Shown here in pieces: positions 53,448 through 64,000 of a DNA stretch of 64,000 nucleotides (its first letter is position 1; the number at the start of each line of letters is the position of its first letter). The notes beneath the pieces were generated by a model that was not told the origin of the DNA, searched no databases, and worked only from the letters and a program-made list of their open reading frames with translations. The stretch is taken from positions 1 through 64,000 of the forward strand of contig ADNK01002058.1 of the NCBI GenBank assembly GCA_000320545.1, in the 5' to 3' direction. The position numbers and the translations under genes were made by a program. The stretch comes from Bigelowiella natans CCMP2755 (lineage: Eukaryota; Protista; Cercozoa).

Positions 53448-54007
53448 ATGATGCAGTGTTTTCGGATGAGGGGGTTCTACGCCTCCTCGTTTCGGGAACA
53501 ATGGCTTCTGCGTGGAGACGCAAGAACGGCGTCCTATCGTGGACTTTGCAGGGACTATTCACGAAAAGTAGGGGTAGGGAAACGTAGTTTCGCTACAATT
53601 CGGAACAAGGCCACAATCAGGCTCCCCAACCTTCCACTGTTCCAAAAAGCGGCTGATCACTCCGTTTCGTCTCCGAGCAGAGTGGCGATTGTGAACGGGG
53701 GGGCAGGTGGGAAGGAGCTTACCTACACAGAGCTCTTAGCTGAAGCCGACTCGATGTCATCGTTGTTGGAGGACCACGGCGTGAAGAAAAGTGATCGAGT
53801 AGCGATATTGACCCCTAACGACGAGAGCTACGTGTGCGCTATGTGGGGGGTTTGGCACAAAGGAGGAGTTGCTGTCCCACTGTACAATAAGCACCCAATC
53901 AATGAGATGGAGTATTATGTGGAGGATAGGTTCGTAGTACCCTCTCCTCGTTGTCTTTCGTACTAATGTAATTCTGCAGCTTTCAGCAAAACGAAATTGT
54001 TGAACAA

Positions 54008-54044
<37 letters not shown>

Positions 54045-56340
54045 GGTTATAATGGTAGTGGTCTATATTCGTGTTGATTTAATTCCAATTAATTGCATGA
54101 AATTAGTGAGGCAAGCGCAATCCTTGTTCATCCGGACTTTAGGACTGTGGGGGAGCAGATCGCACAGAGGTATAGTATTCCATTGATACCAATCGAGGTG
54201 ACGCCCCCTTCCTTCGATGGCTTTGAGATAGAATTCGAGCTTTGGAACTCAGCAGACAGCGACGCCAATGCGATGATTATTTACACAAGCGGGACGACAG
54301 GCAAACCGAAGGGCGTCGTAACAACTCACTCAAACATACAGGCAATGATCACTGCATTGGTGGAAGCGTGGGAATGGCGGAGTGATGACCGTATCCTTCA
54401 CTTCTTGCCACTCCATCATGTGCACGGCATCGTCAACAAGCTGTTGTGTGCGCTATGGTCCGGAGCTTCAGTTGAGTTTTCGTCTTGCGGTGCGGAGCCA
54501 AGGGGACTCTGGGAACGCTTAGCGTCCAACGGTATAGACGGAGAGCGGCCGCTCACCTTGTTTATGGCCGTGCCAACGATCTACAGCCGAATGGTGGAGG
54601 AGACAGAGAGATGGAACGACGAAGAGAAGGCCGCCATTGCTCAAGGGGTCAAACAGGTGGGTTGATAGGGAGGAAAGGGGCTTAATTGTTGCTGTGATGG
54701 CTGTTGTAGTTCTCCTTCTTCTTCTTCTTCTTCTTCTTCTTCTTCTTCTTTTTATTTCTTCTTCTCTGTTCCGTTATGAGCAGTCACTCCCTCTTTCGCC
54801 CTTGTATTGCTCTTTCTCATCAGCTACGGTTGATGGTCAGCGGCTCTGCAGCATGTCCAACTCCTCTTATGGAAAAGTAATACAGTGCCCGTTGTAGTAA
54901 TAGTAGTGGCTGCATGTAGCAGCAGTAGTCCTGCTGCTATCTCTGCATCCCGAGGCAAAGTACTTTGTTCCCACGTGCTTGACGAGAGCGTTGGCAGCAT
55001 TCACACAGAATACTTCAGTTGATGGTTAGGTGTGCTGGTGGTGCTGTTCTCTACACACATAGATGGGAGAAAATCACAGGCCATAAGCTGCTCGAGCGCT
55101 ACGGCATGACAGAGATCGGTGCGGTATTTAGCATGTGGTGTGCGAGTGGTAGTAGGTAGATGCGCAAGAGATGCAATTTGCTCTGGTCCCTTCTCCTGCG
55201 TCATTATTAGTAGCCCTTTCATACCGATCAATCGCGCGTGCTATGCGGAGGTCAAAGGGCTAAGTATTCTGATGGTGATAATTAGGAATGGCGTTGTCGA
55301 ATTCATACCGGGGGACGAGACATGTACGCCGCATCTAATTTAATGATTAGCATATTCAACCATTAAAATCAGCTTCCGAAGCCACTGCTGCTTCATGTAG
55401 CGCTAGCAGTGTGCCGTGGTGGTTTCCCTAATAGCTCTGTTTTTCGTAAATCTGAATCTGTAAGATGTTACTGTTTTCATCCCGACCATACACTACATCG
55501 CATCTTAAGCACATAACCGTGAGCACAGCATTTCACGCCATTGTTCTTATCACCATCACTCTCTTATTCTATCATCATCATCATCATCATCATCGTCATC
55601 ATCATTGCTCCTCCTCCTCCTCCTCCTACCTATACAGCCTGGCTATGTTGGAAAGCCCCTTCCTGGAGTATCTGTTCGAGTTGTGGATATTGACACGGAG
55701 AAAGAAATCAACATCGTAATATATACATGCATCACGGAAGCATATCAAAACCATTCTCTGTTGTTTCATTAGTCATTGAATGAGCGATCATGACGTCGCA
55801 CACAAACAGGAGAGCGGGGAGCAAGGAGAGCTTCGTGTGAAAGGTCCCTGCGTGTTTAAGGTCAGAGGAGTTACTAGTAGCAGCAGGAGCGACAGTGTGT
55901 TAGTGAGACACGGATACATTGGGATGTTGTATCATTTTTCAGATTTGCTAGCATCAACAGTAACTTGTAGTAGGAGTAGTAGCAGTAGTAGTATAAGTAC
56001 TGCTATTAAAGCATCTTCGCCGAATTTCCCTCGAGAAGCGCACCTTTGATTCTCGACAACACCAGCACAGCACAAACAACATCAACACAAACAACAACTA
56101 CACAACCATAACCCCATTTCACTATCATCCCCACCGTACTACTCTCGTTGCTTCCTCCTCATTTCCACATACCCAGGAGTACTGGAACCGTCCCGAGGCA
56201 ACAAGGAAAGAGTTTGACGAGGAGAAGTGGTTCAAGACGGGCGATATCGTTCGCTATAATGCAGAGTTGCAGAGCTTTGCCATATGCGGCAGGTTGACCT
56301 ATTCTTGCTCTTCCATGCCACTTGTTCTCTTCCCAACGAT

Positions 56341-56374
<34 letters not shown>

Positions 56375-56690
56375 AGCCCTTCTTATGTGCACAGGGCATC
56401 GACTGATATGATCAAATCTGGCGGGTTTAAAATAAGCGCTTTGGAGATTGAGAGGTTGGATAATAATTGCTTAAATATTTCGGAAATTTCGAGGCCCAAC
56501 AGAATTCTCAACTGTGCGAAGTGTACAAAGCTGGGAGAGTATGGATGATTCGGAGAATAAAAAAGGCAGACGATTTTAAGACCATTAGGCGGTGGTGGCA
56601 GAGGAGGGACGATAATGTTGATGAATGCATGTGAAAAGATGATGATGATGACGATGATGATGATGATGGACGATAACGAGGATGAGGCAA

Positions 56691-56725
<35 letters not shown>

Positions 56726-57146
56726 CAGGGAGATCTTGAGCCATGAATCCGTAGCGGAAGTCGCTGTTTTAGGCGAATCGGACGAGACATGGGGGGAACA
56801 AGTAGTGGCTGTGATTCGGTGGAAGGGAGCAGATGGGACTTCATCCTCCCCATCTCTTGAATCTCTCCAAGAATTCCTGAAACCGAAGCTCGCCTCGTAT
56901 GCTTTCTGAGAGTGCTGTTTCGACTTGCATGTGGAACAATATCATTGATGCTGTCAGGATTTTCTGCCATGCCAAGCCCTTTATATCAACTGTTAGACGA
57001 TGCTTTAATCGTTTTTCCCTTCCTATACTCTCCCCGTTTCACCTAGGTATAAGATTCCTCGTAGGCTGTACGAGGTGGCAGTGATTCCAAAGAATGCCAT
57101 GGGCAAGATAAACAAGAAGACTTTGCTCCAACAAATCTCAACGTAA
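53448..57146 (+). CDS. ACSF3: Malonyl-CoA synthetase (ACSF3/MatB-like AMP-dependent ligase) with a mitochondrial-type presequence
   Basis: IIYTSGTTGKPKGVVTTH, WEWRSDDRILHFLPLHHVHG, LFMAVPTIY, LRLMVSGSAA, LLERYGMTEI, GELRVKGPCVFK, WFKTGD, DMIKSGGFKISALEIE, IPKNAMGKINKK. The N-terminus is R/S-rich. Confidence 0.92.
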
Positions 57147-57841
57147 TGCCATCCTTACATCAATGATGACAGCAATGCTGGAATCTTCTTTGCAAAGGAA
57201 TTTCGTATCTAAATATTTGTGCGTATTCAATGAATCGTAACGTGGCCATGCAACACATTTAGCACGCTGTGCGCAATTGAATTTGTTCGTTTCAGCTGTT
57301 CCATGCATTTTTATTTCATTCATGAACATGAATGCATTGTGACATGTATCGCGCGCCGAGCTGCGCGAGCAATGGCACGTGTCTCTTTGACATATGCATA
57401 GCATGCTTTGCTGTGCAATGGCAGTGGCACATAAAGATTGCAACGGCAGCTGTCGTTCATTGCATGCACCCTACTGACAGTTTCCTACACTTCAAAACAA
57501 TGCACTGTACATTGTACTGCTTCAGTGAATAGTGCGCCACTAGGCCACATCAGAAGTACTGTACAGAATGCGCGAAGCATAACGACGTTGATATCACTAG
57601 AGAAATGACTGAGGCACGTAATCATTGCGGTGCAGCTGGAGTTAGTTATCTATTTCAAGGATTCCTCCTATTTCTAAATCTGAAAATGATAAAGTAAGAC
57701 TATAGAATTCTATTCAAACTAAATCAGATATATCTCTTGCAAAAATAATATGCGGGCTGGATGGAGCGCATTGTTTTGCGAGACACACTTGACATAACAT
57801 TGTACGTACACTCAATCTCTCAATCGAGAAGGTATTTTTCT

Positions 57842-58972
57842 CTAATTAAACCAAGTTAGATCAATGTACATGAACTTCTTTGCCTCTTCAGTACTCCTGA
57901 GCCCATCCATCATTGCCATGTCCTCGCTCGAGATGCTCCAAGAAAATACATCCAAATTGTCTTTCATGTGTTTAGGATTACCCGTCCCCGGAATAACTGC
58001 TGCGCCCTTTTGCACTAACCAACGAAGCAACACCTGGTAAGATGATTTACCATACTTCTCTGATATATGTTTGATTGTGCTAGATTTAGCGGCCTTTGCT
58101 TTCTCCATTGTCCCACCCACAGGATAGTAAGCAGTAACAGCAATATCATTCTCCAAACAGTAGTCGAAAATCTTATGTTGCGCAGGAGGAACGAAGGCAT
58201 TAAACTGGAATTGGTTGTTGGCAATAGGAGCAAGACCTAGCTCCGAAATTTCTTGCATTTGATGGATCATGAAATTGCTAACCCCAATGTTCCGCATCAC
58301 CCCCTTTTCGCGGAGTTCGGACAGAGCCTTCCATGTTTCTTGACGACATTCTTTATGGGAGAGGCCAGGTTTACACTTATTCCGCGCTATGGGCATCTTC
58401 GGTGCATGCATGAGCACCATGTCAATGTAATCCAGTCCTAGTTCTTCTAGAAAGGTCGGAACGACGTCCAACGCTGACTGATACCCGTAGTATGGGGGGA
58501 AGATCTTGGTTACGACGAATATCTCTTCACGGGGAACACCACGGTCAATGGCGTCCTGAATGCCTAATCCAACGGCACGATGGTTGCGATAGACGTGTGC
58601 GGTATCAATATGCCGCCCACCCTGAAGAAGGTACCATAGCACTGTGCGACGAACCAGAACGTCGTCGTACGCAGAATAGCGGCAGCACATTCCAATCCCA
58701 CTCAAAGGCATCTGATAGCCACCCGGCAACGGTGCGAATAACTCATTATCAGGACGAGACAACGGTTTCATATCCTTGGGCACTTCCGGAGTCCCTTTGG
58801 TTTTTCCATGACCGATAATGAGTGGTGGCAGACGTCCCTCTAAGAGAGGGCTCACAGTGGCGAAGATAATGCCGAAAGCCGATGGGTAGGTGCGCAGCCA
58901 TTCGAAGAAAACTGCGAGGATGAGTACGAGAAGTGGGATGATTCGACCACAACAAAGTCGTGTAATGCTCAT
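57842..58972 (-). CDS. Aldo-keto reductase with an N-terminal hydrophobic anchor/signal, intronless
   Basis: GGRHIDTAHVYRNH (catalytic D and Y), VPREEIFVVTK, LGLDYIDMVLMHAP, IGVSNF, QVLLRWLVQKG..VIP; 376-aa single ORF. Confidence 0.93.
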   Translation of the reverse strand: MSITRLCCGRIIPLLVLILAVFFEWLRTYPSAFGIIFATVSPLLEGRLPPLIIGHGKTKGTPEVPKDMKPLSRPDNELFAPLPGGYQMPLSGIGMCCRYSAYDDVLVRRTVLWYLLQGGRHIDTAHVYRNHRAVGLGIQDAIDRGVPREEIFVVTKIFPPYYGYQSALDVVPTFLEELGLDYIDMVLMHAPKMPIARNKCKPGLSHKECRQETWKALSELREKGVMRNIGVSNFMIHQMQEISELGLAPIANNQFQFNAFVPPAQHKIFDYCLENDIAVTAYYPVGGTMEKAKAAKSSTIKHISEKYGKSSYQVLLRWLVQKGAAVIPGTGNPKHMKDNLDVFSWSISSEDMAMMDGLRSTEEAKKFMYIDLTWFN

Positions 58973-59792
58973 CAGGTGTTCCGCGGTGATGCAACCGTTC
59001 GCTTTGGGGGCTTTCTCGAGTTCTATCCAAGTCCCCTCGCGGAGCGTGGCTTGCTGTGCGACAGTTCAGGGTGTGAGGCGAATCGTGACTAATAACGGTT
59101 CCGCGAGCCTTTTGGGTGATTTTCTCAAGAAAAAACGTCGAAAATCTGGCTTCCGCGGAAACGAACTGTAAAAGATTTTTCAAGAAAAAGTCGCCCAAAA
59201 CCGGCCTGGAATAGACGGGTCCAGGTCAGACAAGACTGGCTGCTAGGTTCTGGGACGAACAGTAAGGCACAAGGAAGGCTTCTGTGCAGTCGGGGATCCC
59301 CTGATTAACCCTAATGTTGGTTTGTCATCACAACTTCGAAATCCTCGGGTGAGGTTTCGTCGGGTTTCCGCCCGAGGTGTGGAGGCTCGTCCTCCCCCTC
59401 CAAAATCTGACTCACCCCGCACCAGTTCTCGCCAACTGCTTTTGAGAAGTACGGTAGCCCCAGGGTTTAATAGGCGTAAAGCTCCTCAGTTGTGCCTAGG
59501 ACTTCTGTGGGGCGTGGCCTTACCCGGGAAGACTTCATGGTCTGATGGGTTACCGGAAATATTTTTGCTCGGGTAGGGACCGAGGAGCTGAATAACCGGA
59601 AACATTGGAAAAAAAATGACTGAAAAGTGCCGCTACGAAATAGCAGGCACATGCGAATTGAAACTACGAGAAAACAATTCGTCGTATTGCTTCCTTTTTT
59701 CATCGCCCGATTTTCCTAAAAATTCTGTAATGTACACTGTCGCACCTGGGAAAGGGGTTGAACTTTGTTCGTTTTTTAACTGCAAATCGACC

Positions 59793-61086
59793 ATGGACAG
59801 CCGGAACTCGCCGTCGTCTCTGAACAGGCCTTCCAGTTGTCAAGAGGGGGTGTCTTGATCTGTTGCATGGGGAATCCCTATTATGGAGGAAGAACCGAAC
59901 AGTGGAGACATAAAGACTAACACCAGCGAGACCATGCAGCGCACTTTGCGGCTTGCAACGTTCAACCTCCTTGCCCCTTGCTGTAAGTAGCCAGAGCTCG
60001 AGCTGCTTGTTGTTACAACATAGAGCTATGCTTCGCCCTAGCGTGAATGAAACAAATTATCCTTTACATGCACAGACAAGCAACATCACGGGCGAACGTC
60101 GGAAGCGTTTTATGACGACATTTGGACGAAACGTCAGAAGAAATGCCTTGAACTTCTGAAAGAGGTAGTCTGCCTACATGGATGCCTTCCAGACACACAC
60201 CTGATATTTGTCCGAAGAGACGTCATTACTTACTTTACTTTTTTCATAAGCTTGACTGAAACATAATCACACGCACAACACACACACATGGAGGGGGAGA
60301 GAGTGACCCATTACTCTATATCATCAACAGTCTCAAGCGGACATAATCTGCTTGCAAGAGTACTGGTTTGACAGCCCTGCCTTCCGAAACTTGTACGAGG
60401 CGAAAGATTCCGAAGTGGGTCTTGCCACCCGGTAATGGTTCCAACTGAAAAATATGTATGTGCTCTGCTAGTCTAGTTGCTGCAGCAACTAGACTAGCAA
60501 AGAGCGAAAGATAAAAAAACCTGCTTTCGAGATACGAGGAGAGTGTGCCTTAGCATTTTCTTTACCCTGATGGTGCAAAACTTCTACTATGCTGCGCTTC
60601 CCCACCATAGGTATGACTTTTATGGACTGAAACGGCCTCGCCATAAGGAGGACGGCGTAGGAATTTTTATCGATCGTCAAAAGATGAAAGTCTGACGCAA
60701 GCACCCACTCGTATATATAACATCAACATGGCGTTACACGGCATTAGTCGTGCTGGTCAAACCTGCTGGATGGCAAATATGAGGATTAGTGCGGCCTCTT
60801 ACCCCTCTTTTGTACTCTACTAGGTGAACGATGTGAGAAAGATCATTTATGGCTACCATGGCTTGCGTTGTGCCCTTCTCATTCACGCCTCTGTTCGAGA
60901 GGGAACGATATCACACCCCTCATCATCGTCTCCTCCGTCTGTATCATCACCTTCCTCTCCGTCTCCCTCTCCCTCTCAGCCCCCAAATGAGCGACAAATT
61001 ATTGTTGCAAATACGCATTTGACGTACCCTCATTCGAAAAGCGACGACAAGTTGCGGCTCAGGCAGGTAGTAATAGTCTAAGGGGC

Positions 61087-61131
<45 letters not shown>

Positions 61132-62224
61132 GTTGATTGTGCGCGTGCGTACTTATGTTCACCCTCTCACATCTTCTCTCTCTACTGCAGGCATCACATC
61201 TCTTGAAGGAATTGGAAAAATATGCTGTTGAGTGTGCGAAAAATAGTAAAAGCCAAAGTAGTTGCAACGAGTACACGAATCATCCATACAACCCCACACA
61301 AGGAGAGAGTGAGAGGAGATAATGAAAAAAGAGAATGAGAGAGAGAGAGAGAGAGAGATTCTAGGCCTTATCCTTCCATCAGAAAACCACAACAGCAATT
61401 TATCCAAGAAGGGAAGCATCATCCTCTTCTGAGAATCTGCCACGTGTTTTTCCAAGATAGTCATATTCTGTATTCCTATAATCCTCTCTCCTTCAACGCC
61501 AAACGGGGCAGCAGAGGAGCTAGGGATTTTTGTGCTGGGCGACTTCAACGGCGGCGACGATCATGTCTACAATCTCTTTCAAAAGGTCTATAGATATCTA
61601 AGCGGTAAATCAGGAGGGGGGGGGAGGGGGTTTCACTGCTGTTGGTGTGAGTGCAGCAAAATTATTTTCTTCAACCATGTTTCATCTGCGAGAATCACGA
61701 CCTGAGATGATCATTAAAATCATCATTCTCAAGATATCGACACTACTTAAACATGCAATGCTAGGCGGGATTCGCGTCCTCGTATGGTCAACAGCATGGT
61801 GGCAAAGAAGCTGCCGTTACGCATTTGACACATGAGGGTACAGCAGTAGGAGTGGACTTCATTTGGTACCACGCTCGTACTCTGTGTAGATGTTACTACT
61901 TTTACTGTTACCGCTACTACAACCACTTACAACAAATGCCGTGATTCTTCTAAAGACGGATGGAGAGAAACAATCGTTAATATCCCTGCTGTTCTGTGAA
62001 CGTATGACGCCTGTCATCTTTGTGTAGCCCCCCCCCCCCCCCCCAAGTTCCTGTTCGTTCATGAGAAACGCTATTGCTTTTGCGTCTACTGCTTGCAGGT
62101 ACCGCACGTGGAACCTTGGCAATGGGAACCTTCACAGTAATACCTTAAGCATTAACAAAGACTCGCCCATCTTCTTTGTCGTTTGCTTGGAAATGTACAT
62201 TTACATGCATGTGCTGGTCTCTTT

Positions 62225-62306
<82 letters not shown>

Positions 62307-62846
62307 GCTTAAACGGCAAGGGTCATTAGTATTAATACTTATCTTCGCGTCTCCCTCAAATGTCATTTCTTTTGCTATTTGCACGTTATTCTCATCAAAC
62401 CAATAGATCAGGGGGGGGAAACAGATGGTGCTGCTGGGGGCATTAATAAAAATGAAAGCAAGAAGGTGGAGAGTAAAATGACGATTACCGTGAATAAATC
62501 GTTCGCTCTCCCAAAGAAGGACTCTACTGAGGTATGAGATATACATTAAAAGCAACACACAAAAAATAGAATACGAAATTTCTGTCAATTTTTGATTTCG
62601 GAGAGTATGAGCGCTTTGATACTGAAGATTGATACGCTTCTGGGAAATATTATTAATATTCTGCAAGCTCACAATCATATTGATGTCGTCATGCAGCATC
62701 ATGGATGATGTGCACCATTGCTACAGACTTGGCCTTCAGGCTTCATGGCGTCAGATCATCGTCCAATAGTTTCTGAGTTTCATTTAGGACTGCTGCACAA
62801 TGATGATGACAATCAAGATGCACGTTCACAAACATCCTCGTCATAA
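59793..62846 (+). CDS. Endonuclease/exonuclease/phosphatase (EEP) family protein
   Basis: LRLATFNLLAPCY, ADIICLQEYWF, KRPRHKEDGVGIF, IIVANTHLTYPH, FVLGDFNG, VTHLTHEGTAVGVDFIW, MASDHRPIVSEF. The start is uncertain. Confidence 0.85.
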
Positions 62847-63511
62847 CCACCACTGCGATGCATCCACCGATAAGAATAATCGGAACGATTGTTTTTTCGA
62901 AACAAGTTCAATCGTTGTCAAGCCCGAATGCAGCTTGGGCAGCACATGTGCGTGCAAACAAATAAGTGGAACGTGTGCACATGACACTTGATCAGCGCAG
63001 GAAAGATCTCACAAGGCACAAAACTCGTGTTATGCATTGAAAACCACAATAATGTGGTGACGCACAAGCTTTGCATGTGAGATGGATGCAATGTGAACAT
63101 GCCAATATAAATGTTTTCAACGGTCATCCTGATGTAGCCATGACACACAAGCGCATGGCTAATTACTACCCTGCTTGACTTCATCTAATCATCTAATTGT
63201 GTCGTCATTTCGCCACCGTCCTGCTGCCATTGTGTTTAATAATTTAAAGCTCACACACTTGGCAGCGTCTTAGGACCCCTGTGGTATGTGCGCACGTTGC
63301 ACAACATGCACACGCTAGATCGCATGAGCCAACATATCATGCACAGCATCCCCATGCTAGCACATAGCACGTGAGACCACCAATCTAGACAAGTGCAACT
63401 CATGGCAATGATTTGCACAATAAGTGACAAGCACTTAAATGCATTGAGAAGCTTCACATGTTTCATCCCATGAATGAACGTTCTGAAATGCGTGGTGTCG
63501 AGTCGACAATC

Positions 63512-63988
63512 CTATGCATCTTCTTCGAACTTTTTTGTACGCATGGCATCCATCGCATCCTTTGCCCGTACTATTAAGTCGTCTAGCTCGTCTTCTTTGC
63601 AGTGCAAAGTTCGCTTCAATGTTTCACGCATATCAAGGGAATTTCTCAAGATATCTTCTTTGAGATCCTTTGCAGCCTTTCGCTGTTTGACTGACGCCGG
63701 CCGGGCCGCCTTTTCCTCAGAGATAGCCTTGCCTTTTTCCACTATCTTCATCTTGACACTTCCGACGAACTCATCGAGCAAGTTCGTCTGAATTTTCAGC
63801 TCAGCAGCGTCGTCGTCGAAAGAGAATGACTTGAGCTTAATAACGAGATCTTCGTAGCCATCGAGTTGCGATGATATCCATTTCAAATCCGACTCCAAGG
63901 GCTTGAGCCCCTCCTCCCTCAACTCAGCTTCGATCTCGCCGCGCATCTGCCCCCATTGGAGTCCCTGAATTAGCTTGTTGTAGTTCAT
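63512..63988 (-). CDS. Hypothetical charged/helical protein; the frame is open to the window edge, so it may be a last exon
   Basis: 158-aa ORF with protein-like composition (K/E/D/L-rich); no family recognised. Confidence 0.55.
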   Translation of the reverse strand: MNYNKLIQGLQWGQMRGEIEAELREEGLKPLESDLKWISSQLDGYEDLVIKLKSFSFDDDAAELKIQTNLLDEFVGSVKMKIVEKGKAISEEKAARPASVKQRKAAKDLKEDILRNSLDMRETLKRTLHCKEDELDDLIVRAKDAMDAMRTKKFEEDA

Positions 63989-64000
63989 TATGATATTTAA

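Noticed and set aside
59303-59315. taaccctaa telomere-like/telobox word in the AKR/EEP spacer (also at about 6646)
   Set aside because: Single short occurrences, compatible with chance.
190-62702. Many short ORFs with CVCV, YIYI, SLSL, ERER, HTHT or poly-S/L/I runs
   Set aside because: Translations of intronic microsatellites, not genes.
1-64000. tRNA, rRNA, snoRNA or intact transposable elements
   Set aside because: None recognisable by eye. A tRNAscan/Infernal/repeat-library search would be needed to exclude them.

Overview
Gene-dense, intron-rich eukaryotic nuclear DNA. Introns are short GT-AG type and often filled with (GA)n, (GT)n, (TA)n, (AGT)n or (CAT)n microsatellites. Several proteins have a signal peptide followed by a transit-like leader, which suggests an alga with a secondary plastid (chlorarachniophyte-like; inference). 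I can reconstruct about 16 genes by hand splicing: prolidase (partial), a protein with four tandem GroES/Cpn10-like domains, a DRAM/Frag1/Sfk1 membrane protein, a CDPK, a giant C2 + coiled-coil + acidic-repeat protein, a nocturnin-like EEP phosphatase, a small ER-type protein, TMEM43/LUMA-like, an intronless HSP20 with a heat-shock element, a C2H2 zinc-finger + Sel1 + AT-hook protein, a PhyH dioxygenase-CUE fusion, a class II photolyase-like protein, ACSF3-like malonyl-CoA synthetase, an intronless aldo-keto reductase, a second EEP hydrolase and an unknown ORF at the right edge. Most short ORFs in the supplied track are shadows or microsatellite artefacts. The strongest unexplained signal is non-coding: three tracts of about 0.5-1.1 kb, one at each of the three head-to-tail gene junctions, are almost free of TpA (survivors are mostly CTAG), rich in TG/CA and still contain CpG. 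This looks like a targeted TA->TG/CA hypermutation process acting on silent DNA. All exon boundaries and counts were read by eye and need computational confirmation.
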